From: Methanomassiliicoccaceae archaeon
GTDB taxonomy: Archaea > Thermoplasmatota > Thermoplasmata > Methanomassiliicoccales > Methanomethylophilaceae
Length of the DNA: 35,815 nucleotides
Assembly (NCBI GenBank): GCA_031260545.1
Contig: JAIRJQ010000026.1
Location: 1 to 35,815 of the forward strand
Direction of reading: 5' to 3'
In this document: one piece after another, positions 25,942 to 33,385 of the stretch
How the letters are laid out: the number at the start of each line of letters is the position of its first letter
Position numbering within the stretch: the stretch's first letter is position 1
Notes under the pieces: model-generated
Database searches by the model: none
Told to the model about the DNA's origin: nothing
The model's input: only the letters and a program-made list of their open reading frames with translations
Made by a program: the position numbers and the translations under genes

Positions 25942-26589
25942 TCACTCTGATGCGTATTCTTTGGGGTCTGCGATCTCCAGACAGTCCGGGGGCACCTCTT
26001 TGGCAAGGAACACAGTTTTTCCTGCTTTTCCTATGTCTAAGCCTGCATCGAATACTGCGTCTGCATCTATCACCAGTATTATCGGATTCGGAACGCGTAC
26101 CTTCCCGGCCCTCATCGCATCATCGTACGTCAGCGAAAGGTGCACCATCGAGCGGTCGGACGGTAAAAGGCCCACTTCGAGTATTATATCCACCTCTTCC
26201 TCCGTGGTCGGGAAGAACAGTTCCGCGGGCACGTCGTCCGTCGGCAGATCGAGGTCCAGCGGTATCGAGTGACCGTACGTTGCTCTTACCATATCGCCGG
26301 AGATCTGATACCTTCCCTTCGGATCGGTCTCCACCAGCGCGATGATATGGTGCGGCCTCAGCCAGTGCATACGGTTGTTGCCTTCTTTTATTATGAAGAC
26401 CATCTCACGCATTCTCACGAACCCTTGTTCATCCATCTCCGGGTTGAATTTTCCGTGCCGGAGTATACCTGCGATCGTTCTCCCAAGCCTCTCAACCTCG
26501 GAATCGTTCATTAGGAACTTACCGGGCTCACCGCATACCGGGCATATCTCGTCTCTGTAGTATCCGTGCGCTTCACATTCTTTCATCAT
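25942..26589 (-). CDS. kptA: RNA 2'-phosphotransferase (Tpt1/KptA) with an N-terminal zinc-knuckle-like motif
   Basis: LGRTIAGILRHG, RYQISGDMVRATYGHS and VHLSLTYDDA are present, with an N-terminal CEAHGYYRDEICPVCG. ATG 26589 lies 17 nt after the folD stop. Confidence 0.85.
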   Translation of the reverse strand: MMKECEAHGYYRDEICPVCGEPGKFLMNDSEVERLGRTIAGILRHGKFNPEMDEQGFVRMREMVFIIKEGNNRMHWLRPHHIIALVETDPKGRYQISGDMVRATYGHSIPLDLDLPTDDVPAELFFPTTEEEVDIILEVGLLPSDRSMVHLSLTYDDAMRAGKVRVPNPIILVIDADAVFDAGLDIGKAGKTVFLAKEVPPDCLEIADPKEYASE

Positions 26590-26606
26590 ATTATCACCTA
26601 TGAGCG

Positions 26607-27485
26607 TTATTTTATCGACCGTTCCGCGGCCGTTACAGTATTGAACATCAGCATGCATATCGTCATCGGGCCCACGCCTCCCGGCACCGGAGTTATTGCT
26701 GACGCGATGTTCTTAACATTTTCAAAGTCCACGTCGCCGACAAGTCTTGATCCCTTTTCTGTTGTCGGGTCATCTATCCTGTTCGTTCCCACATCAATAA
26801 CGACGGCCCCCTCTTTTACCATATCCTTCGTTATGAACCTTGCTTTTCCGATCGCAACTATCAGTATGTCGGCGCGGCGCGTGTGCTCTTGGATATCCTT
26901 GGTCCTTGAATGCACGACCGTTACCGTTGCGTCGGCACCTTTCCCCTTCTGCATGAGCATCGCCGCCATCGGTTTTCCGACGATGTTGCTTCTTCCCACG
27001 ATAACGACATGCTTTCCGGCAATGTCGATATTGCTGCGTATCAGCATCTGCTGCACGCCTGCCGGTGTCGCCGGCAGGAACATCGGATCGCCGATCAACA
27101 TACGTCCGACGTTCTGCGGATGGAATCCGTCCACATCCTTTTTCGGATCTATTGCGTTTATCACCTTATCTTCGTCGATGTGCTTGGGAAGCGGCAATTG
27201 TATCAAAAAACCGTGTATCTTGCTGTCATTGTTCAGCTCGTCAACCTTTTTCAGAAGATCTTTCTCCGATGTGTCGGCTGGAACTACTATAGTAACAGAA
27301 TGCATTCCCAGCTCTTCGCATTTCTTTCCTTTCATTCTTACGTAAACCTGCGAAGCGGGATCCTCTCCCACGAGAACTACTGCCAGCCCCGGTACTGTCC
27401 CTTTTGACCTAAGCGCAGCTATCCTTTCCTTTAACTCACCGTATATCGACAATGATATCTCATTACCGCTTATCAGCCCGGACAC
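26607..27485 (-). CDS. folD: Bifunctional methylene-THF dehydrogenase / methenyl-THF cyclohydrolase
   Basis: PGLAVVLVGEDPASQVYVRMK, GFLIQLPLP, VVIVGRSNIVGKP and TPVPGGVGPMT are present. The start is GTG 27485 or TTG 27488. Confidence 0.92.
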   Translation of the reverse strand: MSGLISGNEISLSIYGELKERIAALRSKGTVPGLAVVLVGEDPASQVYVRMKGKKCEELGMHSVTIVVPADTSEKDLLKKVDELNNDSKIHGFLIQLPLPKHIDEDKVINAIDPKKDVDGFHPQNVGRMLIGDPMFLPATPAGVQQMLIRSNIDIAGKHVVIVGRSNIVGKPMAAMLMQKGKGADATVTVVHSRTKDIQEHTRRADILIVAIGKARFITKDMVKEGAVVIDVGTNRIDDPTTEKGSRLVGDVDFENVKNIASAITPVPGGVGPMTICMLMFNTVTAAERSIK

Positions 27486-27495
27486 CAAACCTATA

Positions 27496-27518
27496 CCGTG
27501 TGGACATTGTCCTTACGG
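27496..27518. promoter_or_regulatory. 23-bp imperfect palindrome CCGTGTGGACATTGTCCTTACGG between the folD start and its TATA-like box
   Basis: The arms match at 9 of 11 positions (CCGT..GGACA / TGTCC..ACGG). A TATA-like AATATTAATACC (minus strand) lies at 27523-27534. Confidence 0.3.
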
Positions 27519-27660
27519 TATTAATATTCTCACGCGCCCGCGCCTGTTTAAAACAAACAGAATCATGCCGAAGCGCGGAAAATCGTGATATGTGCACGAT
27601 ATGACGGACAGCATATGCGTGAACAAAAAGAATGTAAGCGAATTGTCCGATAGAGGTACG

Positions 27661-28119
27661 ATGGAGCGCAGCGTGCGTATAACAAGAGCGGAAAAGAAAG
27701 ATCTGCGGGCGATACTTGAGCTGCAGTATCTCGCCTATCGGCAACATGCGGTCATATACAGCGACACCTACATACGGGCGCTTATGCAGACGCTCGATGA
27801 TATCGAGACAGAATTCGAGAACTGCATCTTTCTCAAAGCTGTGAACGGTGACGGCGACATCATCGGTTCTGTTCGTGCATATGCTGAGAACGGAACATTA
27901 TTCATCGGAAGGCTCATGGTGCATCCGGAACTTCAGGGAAAGGGCATCGGCACTGAACTTCTGAGTTCTATCGAACATGCGTGCCCTCAGGAACGCTGTG
28001 AGCTCTTCACCGGTATGAAAAGCTATGACAACATAAGATTCTACGAACGGTCAGGATATAATAAATTCAAAGAAGAGAATGTCAGGCCCGGTATGACGCT
28101 GGTGTACATGCAGAAATGA
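27661..28119 (+). CDS. GNAT family N-acetyltransferase
   Basis: The acetyl-CoA motif is RLMVHPELQGKGIGTELL, with a C-terminal FYERSGY. SD AGAGGT precedes ATG 27661. Upstream in-frame starts exist at 27592 and 27601. Confidence 0.8.
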   Translation: MERSVRITRAEKKDLRAILELQYLAYRQHAVIYSDTYIRALMQTLDDIETEFENCIFLKAVNGDGDIIGSVRAYAENGTLFIGRLMVHPELQGKGIGTELLSSIEHACPQERCELFTGMKSYDNIRFYERSGYNKFKEENVRPGMTLVYMQK

Positions 28120-28908
28120 TCATATCACATCTATCATCCGGGCTGCTTTGAAACCGCTGTCCAGGAGATCTGTTATTATTTTCCTGACGTTGTCCGCATT
28201 CCTTTTCCTTTGACCGCTGTTCATCATCCCGTCGGATCTTGATTCAACGATGTGCCAGCTGTGCGTTGCTATCACAAAAACACCATCATTCAGGGTCCCG
28301 GCCATCTCTGTGTATTCGTCATATGTTCGCTTGTTCTCATGCATCGGCCAAAGATACGCCGTTATCTTTTTGCCGTTCCTGTCCGTGCCCGTTGGTACGA
28401 GGATCTCCTTCATCCCGTTGCCGAGGTCGTACGGACCGAATGTGCCGCCGATCACACCGTATAATGATGAATCGTACACCGCGCCGGCGCCCGCCGCCGC
28501 GTTCATTATTCTTTCATCCGTGCGCATATACGGCGCCCTGAACCCCTTGGGAGCGGTGCCCGTCCTGTCCTTTATGATGTCAGAGGACGTTCTCATTATG
28601 TTGTTCAGCGTATCGTCCGACAATCGGATCCCGGATACTTCGCCTGTCATGTCCTCATGATCTAGACCATGCATCGCAACTTCGTTCTTCCCGAACTGGA
28701 CGTCGATGTTCCTCAGGGTTGTCGCTTCGGTGAAAAATGTACCATTTATGCCGATGTCGTTCATCATATCAAGTATGATATTAACGCCGGCCTCCGATGA
28801 TGTGAACCTTGCGTCATCGGAATGCAGCGATACCGCCTCCGTTCTGTTGGGAACGCATTCGTTGACGTCGCGGTCAACGTCTACGGTGAAACACAATCTT
28901 CTCGTCAT
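28120..28908 (-). CDS. Polysaccharide deacetylase (CE4 / NodB-homology) family hydrolase
   Basis: FTVDVDRD (Asp motif), GTFFTEA, MHGLDHEDM (His motif) and GFRAPYMR (RxPY motif) are present. Its ATG overlaps the deoA stop (ATGA). Confidence 0.7.
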   Translation of the reverse strand: MTRRLCFTVDVDRDVNECVPNRTEAVSLHSDDARFTSSEAGVNIILDMMNDIGINGTFFTEATTLRNIDVQFGKNEVAMHGLDHEDMTGEVSGIRLSDDTLNNIMRTSSDIIKDRTGTAPKGFRAPYMRTDERIMNAAAGAGAVYDSSLYGVIGGTFGPYDLGNGMKEILVPTGTDRNGKKITAYLWPMHENKRTYDEYTEMAGTLNDGVFVIATHSWHIVESRSDGMMNSGQRKRNADNVRKIITDLLDSGFKAARMIDVI

Positions 28909-30425
28909 ATGCTCTTCAGTGCCGACGGGTTTGGTACTTTCTTTATCAGCATGCCCTCGATGTCCATTGGTTCCAATTTTATTGCGAGGTCCCTGGCGCG
29001 GTCCGCCTTTGCCTGGTTGTCCGCATATATCTGGAACAGCATCTCGCCTTTTTCCGCCCTTTGGCCTTTCTTTCTGAATAACAGTATCCCGGCGCCTTTG
29101 TCCGATGGCGCGCCTGCCGCCCTTGCGATCGTCACAAGGTCCTTGTTCTTTATGTGGTGCACATAGCCCGATCTTACCGCCCTGACCTCATGCATAAAAT
29201 TTCCAAGAACGATATCATCGGACGTCAGGTCCTTTTTGCCGCCCTGAGCCTCCACTATCTGTCTGAACTTCGCTAACGCTTGCCCTGATGACAAGATCTC
29301 TCTTGCTTTCGTGGGTCCGTCGGGTATGCCTCCCATCTCCAGTATCATTCCCGCGAGATCGCATGCCTTTTCCACAACACTCGCCGGGTGGGCGTTCCCT
29401 TCAAGGATCTTTATGCACTCGCGTGCTTCCAGTGCAGGACCTATGGCATTCCCTACCGGCTGATCGCCGTACGTGATCGCACATTCTGTTCTTATTCCGA
29501 GCAGCGTGCCCAGTTCCATCAGGTCCCGCGCATACTCTCTCGCTTCCTCCAGTGTCTTCACCTTTGTGCCTGTTCCCATCGGTATGTCGACGAGAAGATG
29601 CGTGGCGCTTATCGCCAGTTTTTTGCTCAGTATCGACGCGAGCATCTGTGCCCTCGGGTTGATGCCTAACGGATACTCGATGTCTATGACCATATCATCC
29701 ACGGGAGCGATGTTCATCGAACCGCCCCACGCCATGACCCCGCCGATCTTTTCCGAGATCTTTTTTAATTCTGATGCTTTCAGTTCCACATTGCAAAATA
29801 CTTCAACAAAATCAGATGTGCCGCATGCGCTGCTTATCGCGCGTGATGACGTTTTCGGTATCATGAGGCCTGCTGAGGCCACTATTGCGACGACAACGGG
29901 TGTTATTTTGTTCCCCGGCACTCCGCCCAAGCTGTGAAAATCGAACACGGGGGTTCGATCGAATGTTATCTTTTCTCCGGTGTTCACCATCGACTGCGTG
30001 AAAAATGCTATCTCTTCCGTATCCATGCCGTTTATCTGCAGCGCGGTGAGCCATGCGGATATCTCTATCTTTGATAATTTTCCGTCAAGTATATCGAAAA
30101 CGATCTCGTTTATCTCATCCCTCGTTAATTTTACCGAATCCATCTTCTTCCTTATGCTCCTGACGGATTCCGGCTTTGGTGAATATACTACTTCGATCTC
30201 TTTGCCCACTTCCGCGCCTATCTTGGATATTATTGCTTTGGGTATCAGTATCTCGCCTTTCTTCACCAGCGAATCTGATATCGCCACAACGATCACCTGC
30301 GACGTCTTTGCGTCGAGTCTCACGCGGTCCATCTGCTTCACGCCTAGTTCCCTGCAGTCGTCCCCGCGTATCACGACACGCGGCTCCGAAGCGTCCACAT
30401 CATATAATCTCACTTTAAGTTTCAT
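28905..30425 (-). CDS. deoA: AMP phosphorylase (thymidine phosphorylase family with an archaeal N-terminal extension domain)
   Basis: The N-terminus MKLKVRLYDVDASEPRVVI...GVKQMDRVRL is AMPpase-specific. HSLGGVPGNK, TSSRAISSACGTSD and the GINPR region are also present. ATG 30425 overlaps the rbcL stop (ATGA). Confidence 0.88.
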   Translation of the reverse strand: MKLKVRLYDVDASEPRVVIRGDDCRELGVKQMDRVRLDAKTSQVIVVAISDSLVKKGEILIPKAIISKIGAEVGKEIEVVYSPKPESVRSIRKKMDSVKLTRDEINEIVFDILDGKLSKIEISAWLTALQINGMDTEEIAFFTQSMVNTGEKITFDRTPVFDFHSLGGVPGNKITPVVVAIVASAGLMIPKTSSRAISSACGTSDFVEVFCNVELKASELKKISEKIGGVMAWGGSMNIAPVDDMVIDIEYPLGINPRAQMLASILSKKLAISATHLLVDIPMGTGTKVKTLEEAREYARDLMELGTLLGIRTECAITYGDQPVGNAIGPALEARECIKILEGNAHPASVVEKACDLAGMILEMGGIPDGPTKAREILSSGQALAKFRQIVEAQGGKKDLTSDDIVLGNFMHEVRAVRSGYVHHIKNKDLVTIARAAGAPSDKGAGILLFRKKGQRAEKGEMLFQIYADNQAKADRARDLAIKLEPMDIEGMLIKKVPNPSALKSI

Positions 30426-31663
30426 CTGTATCCCCACAGTTCTAATGCTATTTTTAATTCCGGGTGCGTCTTTGCATATTCGTCCAGCGGTATCCCGAGG
30501 AACGCCGCATCGACGGCCTGCGACATGCCCATCGCTCCTTTCCGTACACCTCCCGGATGTCCGGCGACGCCTCCTCCCGCCTGTATCTGAACGTCCATGC
30601 TGCCTGCGGCCTCGATTATCCTGTCCACCATTCCCGGGCTTACGCCTCCGGAGCAGACTGGCATCACCGTCTTGTATCCTACTGATCTGTCGAAGCATGA
30701 ATCTATGTTGTCGCGGTCCCCGCTCGGGTCGCCTTCCATTTTACCTATTCCGAGAGTTCCGACGTGCACTGCGTCACCGCCGCACATGCGGCAAAGTTTT
30801 GCGATCGGTAACATTGCTATCCCGTGTAACGGATCACGTGTCATCGCGCCATGCATTGTTCTGTGTATATGCAATGGTACCTTTATCGAACGGTCCTCGG
30901 CGAGCGCCTGGATCGCAGCGAACCCTGCGGTCAGAACATCCACCATGATCTGCTTCGCGCCCCACGCCTGCGCTTTCTCCGCGACCTCGATTATTTTATG
31001 GCCGCTTGTGCTTATGTTGATCGCGTGCAGCATCCTGTGCCCTTCGCTCTTCAGCTTGTCGAGCGATTCCGCTATCGCAACGGTCCTGTCCTCAAGCGGG
31101 CAGAACTTTTGGTTCACGAGCGTCTCATCATCCTTGCTGTTCGTCAGCCCTCCTTTTCCTGATTCGTATACGTATTTGGCGGTGTCCTTCGGTGACAGTC
31201 CTATCTTTGGTTTTACGATCGTTCCGACCAGCGGTTTTTCCGGACGTTTCAATATCTTCCGCAATCCCGCTATGCCGAACCTCGGCCCCGGGAACTCTTT
31301 TCTTATTGATTTAGGGAAGAACGCATCCTCCAATCGTATCTTATCTATTGAATGGAGGCCGAAGAGATTGCCTGCGATGATACTGAGTATCTGCGGCACC
31401 GCGCCGACATCCATAGAAAAATCAGCGACTGGGTATGCTAATGTCACTACATTACCGTCTATGCCGATCACACGCCCTCCATACTTTTCGAACGTCTTTC
31501 TTTCCAATGTTGATATTCCTGTCCATGTCCCCGTTGTCTGTTCCGCCGCTAACGATTCCGCAGCCTTCTTCATCGGAAGGTCTGTCGTTATTCGGTATGT
31601 GCATATCAGATACTTATCCGGGTCCACTTTCTCTCCCAAATGCAAATATGAGAACTCTTCCAT
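30422..31663 (-). CDS. rbcL: Type III ribulose-1,5-bisphosphate carboxylase/oxygenase large subunit
   Basis: AAEQTTGTWT, GTIVKPKIGLSP, GGLTNSKDDE (carbamylated Lys motif), LHIHRTMHGA, GGDAVHVGT and PVCSGGVSPG are present. SD GGTGA lies 5 nt before ATG 31663. Confidence 0.92.
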   Translation of the reverse strand: MEEFSYLHLGEKVDPDKYLICTYRITTDLPMKKAAESLAAEQTTGTWTGISTLERKTFEKYGGRVIGIDGNVVTLAYPVADFSMDVGAVPQILSIIAGNLFGLHSIDKIRLEDAFFPKSIRKEFPGPRFGIAGLRKILKRPEKPLVGTIVKPKIGLSPKDTAKYVYESGKGGLTNSKDDETLVNQKFCPLEDRTVAIAESLDKLKSEGHRMLHAINISTSGHKIIEVAEKAQAWGAKQIMVDVLTAGFAAIQALAEDRSIKVPLHIHRTMHGAMTRDPLHGIAMLPIAKLCRMCGGDAVHVGTLGIGKMEGDPSGDRDNIDSCFDRSVGYKTVMPVCSGGVSPGMVDRIIEAAGSMDVQIQAGGGVAGHPGGVRKGAMGMSQAVDAAFLGIPLDEYAKTHPELKIALELWGYR

Positions 31664-31673
31664 CTTTTTCACC

Positions 31674-32591
31674 TCATTTGAACTCGATCTCACCGAACTG
31701 CTGTACCATTATCTCATACACGGAGCCGGGACTTACGATCCCTCTCTCCGTGACTATGCCGTCAATGTATCTTGCCGGTGTGGAATCGAATACCGGATTG
31801 AAAACTTTCACCGAATCCGGCACCTCTCCCTTCCTCACTATTTCGCTTATATCTCGTTCTTCGATCGTCACCATGTCACCGAACAACGTTTGCGGCGATA
31901 TCTTGTACGTTTCGCCGCATACGACGAACGGTACGCGCGATTCGTAAGCGGCAAGCGCTAACTGTGACGTTCCTATTTTGTTTATCACTGCGCCGTTGGA
32001 GGTTATCGTATCTGAACCGACAATGACGATGTCTATCCTTTTCATCACGGAACGGACGGCGCTGTCTATTATCATCGTAACGTCGATACCTTCCTTCGCC
32101 AGTTCGTTCACTGTGAGTATACCTTGCCTCCATGGCCTCGATTCCGTTGCGTAAACTTTTATTTTCTTTCCGCTCCTGTGCGCAACTTTAATGCACTCGA
32201 GCGCTGCGCTGCTGTTACAATGTGTCAATATCGTGGCGCCGTCCTTGATCCTTCTTGATCCTATTACCCCTATCTTTTCGACCGCTTCGTTCGATGCCCT
32301 GATGAAATCGTCAGAATTCCTTATCAGCAATTCTTTCGCTTCTTTGACATCCGTACATTTGTCAAATCCTTTGAGGGTGAACTGTATCCCGTTCAGCAAT
32401 GAGACGGCGGTGGGCCTTGACGCAAGGAGCTTGTCTTTTGCGGTCTTGATATCCGACCTCATTTCGTCTATATTTTTCCACTTCTGCGATCTTGCCATGT
32501 CTCCTATCGCCGCAGCGCCCGCACGTGCTATGCGTCCCGCGCCGCGTATCTCCATGTCCTTTATCGCTTTGACAGTGTCGTCAACGTTCAT
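31674..32591 (-). CDS. e2b2: Ribose-1,5-bisphosphate isomerase (eIF-2B alpha/beta/delta-like, E2b2)
   Basis: MEIRGAGRIARAGAAAI, ILTHCNSSAAL, VYATESRPWRQG and VGSDTITSNGAVINKIGT are present, and the gene is adjacent to rbcL and deoA. SD GGAGAT precedes ATG 32591. Alternative starts are 32603 and 32651. Confidence 0.85.
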   Translation of the reverse strand: MNVDDTVKAIKDMEIRGAGRIARAGAAAIGDMARSQKWKNIDEMRSDIKTAKDKLLASRPTAVSLLNGIQFTLKGFDKCTDVKEAKELLIRNSDDFIRASNEAVEKIGVIGSRRIKDGATILTHCNSSAALECIKVAHRSGKKIKVYATESRPWRQGILTVNELAKEGIDVTMIIDSAVRSVMKRIDIVIVGSDTITSNGAVINKIGTSQLALAAYESRVPFVVCGETYKISPQTLFGDMVTIEERDISEIVRKGEVPDSVKVFNPVFDSTPARYIDGIVTERGIVSPGSVYEIMVQQFGEIEFK

Positions 32592-32651
32592 TCTGATCTC
32601 CATGCAATCGCAGGGATGCGTTAAAAAACCATCGAACGTTATTTTTATCAT

Positions 32652-33125
32652 TCATTTGAGAAAGATGTCATTTATTATCCGTCTCGCTTCATCCGTCCCG
32701 TATAATAGGTACACAGCACCGATGACCGCTTCAAAAGCGTCCGCACGCATTATGTCCTCCACAATGTTGTCCTTTGTGCGCTTTTCCTTATGGCCTTCGC
32801 CCACACGGAGGCAGCCGTCTATGTCTACTTCCTTTTCAATGATCCGCAAAGAGATGTTCTTATTGCATACTATCTCCTTTTTCAGTTCCGTCATGGCGCC
32901 TTCGGTCAGATCCGTGTTACGGTAGATATGCTCGCATACGATCATATCCATTACTGCGTCTCCCAAGAACTCCAGCCTTTCGTACGATCCGACGATCATA
33001 TTTCGGGATGCCTCCTCGTTCGCATAACTGTCATGCGTTAACGCGATATCGAACATCTTCAGCTCTTCATCGGTCACATTCCTTCTGTCGAAAGGATAAG
33101 ACGCCAGGAATTCCCTTAATTTCAT
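32652..33125 (-). CDS. RNase III catalytic-domain protein without a dsRNA-binding domain
   Basis: ALTHDSY, the signature ERLEFLGDAVMDMIV, and ADAFEAVIGAVY retain the four catalytic acidic residues. The protein ends about 15 aa after the domain. An alternative start at 33185 would add 20 aa. Confidence 0.75.
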   Translation of the reverse strand: MKLREFLASYPFDRRNVTDEELKMFDIALTHDSYANEEASRNMIVGSYERLEFLGDAVMDMIVCEHIYRNTDLTEGAMTELKKEIVCNKNISLRIIEKEVDIDGCLRVGEGHKEKRTKDNIVEDIMRADAFEAVIGAVYLLYGTDEARRIINDIFLK

Positions 33126-33170
33126 CTCTCTGCTGCGCTGCAAGATAATCGTACGGTCACTGCATACAAA

Positions 33171-33182
33171 CAATATAATTTT
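33171..33182 (-). promoter_or_regulatory. TATA-like element (minus strand AAAATTATATTG) upstream of the RNase III-domain gene
   Basis: It lies about 50 nt upstream of ATG 33125. A second TTTTAT-like box at about 33204-33212 would instead fit a leaderless start at 33185. Confidence 0.25.
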
Positions 33183-33343
33183 CATCCTGCGGACGTGTTA
33201 CGGCATAAAACAATTCCGACCCGACGGTAATGCGAACTGCTCATCATCTATGCTGCGCCGCGATGTCTTTGTACGGTCGCTGATCACGAAGAATGTGATC
33301 GTCTCCCGCGGGAACATGCAGAATGCGGGATGGAGTAAAGCTG

Positions 33344-33377
33344 TCAGAAAAAATTAAAGGACGGGGGGCCGCCCCCG
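33344..33377 (-). terminator. GC hairpin plus T tract downstream of the surface-protein gene
   Basis: On the minus strand, a CGGGGG-CGGC-CCCCCG hairpin (6-bp stem, 4-nt loop) occupies 33362-33377 and starts 9 nt after the stop. It is followed by TCCTTTAATTTTTT. Confidence 0.5.
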
Positions 33378-33385
33378 CCGTTGTT

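Noticed and set aside
30426-30698. Arg/Gly-rich 91-aa N-terminal extension of the deoA ORF
   Set aside because: It overlaps the 3' end of rbcL in another frame. The conserved AMP phosphorylase N-terminus (MKLKVRLYDVD...) begins at ATG 30425, which forms an ATGA overlap with the rbcL stop.
30422-31663. RuBisCO as evidence for Calvin-cycle autotrophy
   Set aside because: Its operon partners are AMP phosphorylase and R15P isomerase, there is no PRK in the window, and the sequence looks type III. The established AMP-salvage role is the economical reading.
30597-31961. 454-aa plus-strand ORF antisense to rbcL and the 3' end of e2b2
   Set aside because: It lies entirely opposite two genes with strong family motifs. 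Its translation is Ser/Pro/Ile-rich low-complexity sequence with no recognisable motif and no promoter or SD context. This is a typical shadow ORF.
33241-33250. C-box-like ATGATGA on the minus strand in the 200-nt spacer upstream of the RNase III-domain gene, as a possible C/D box sRNA
   Set aside because: No D box (CTGA) follows within the next ~60 nt and there is no C'/D' pair. The nearby palindromes (TCCCGCGGGA at 33304-33313; GATCAC-7 nt-GTGATC at 33282-33300) are short enough to occur by chance.
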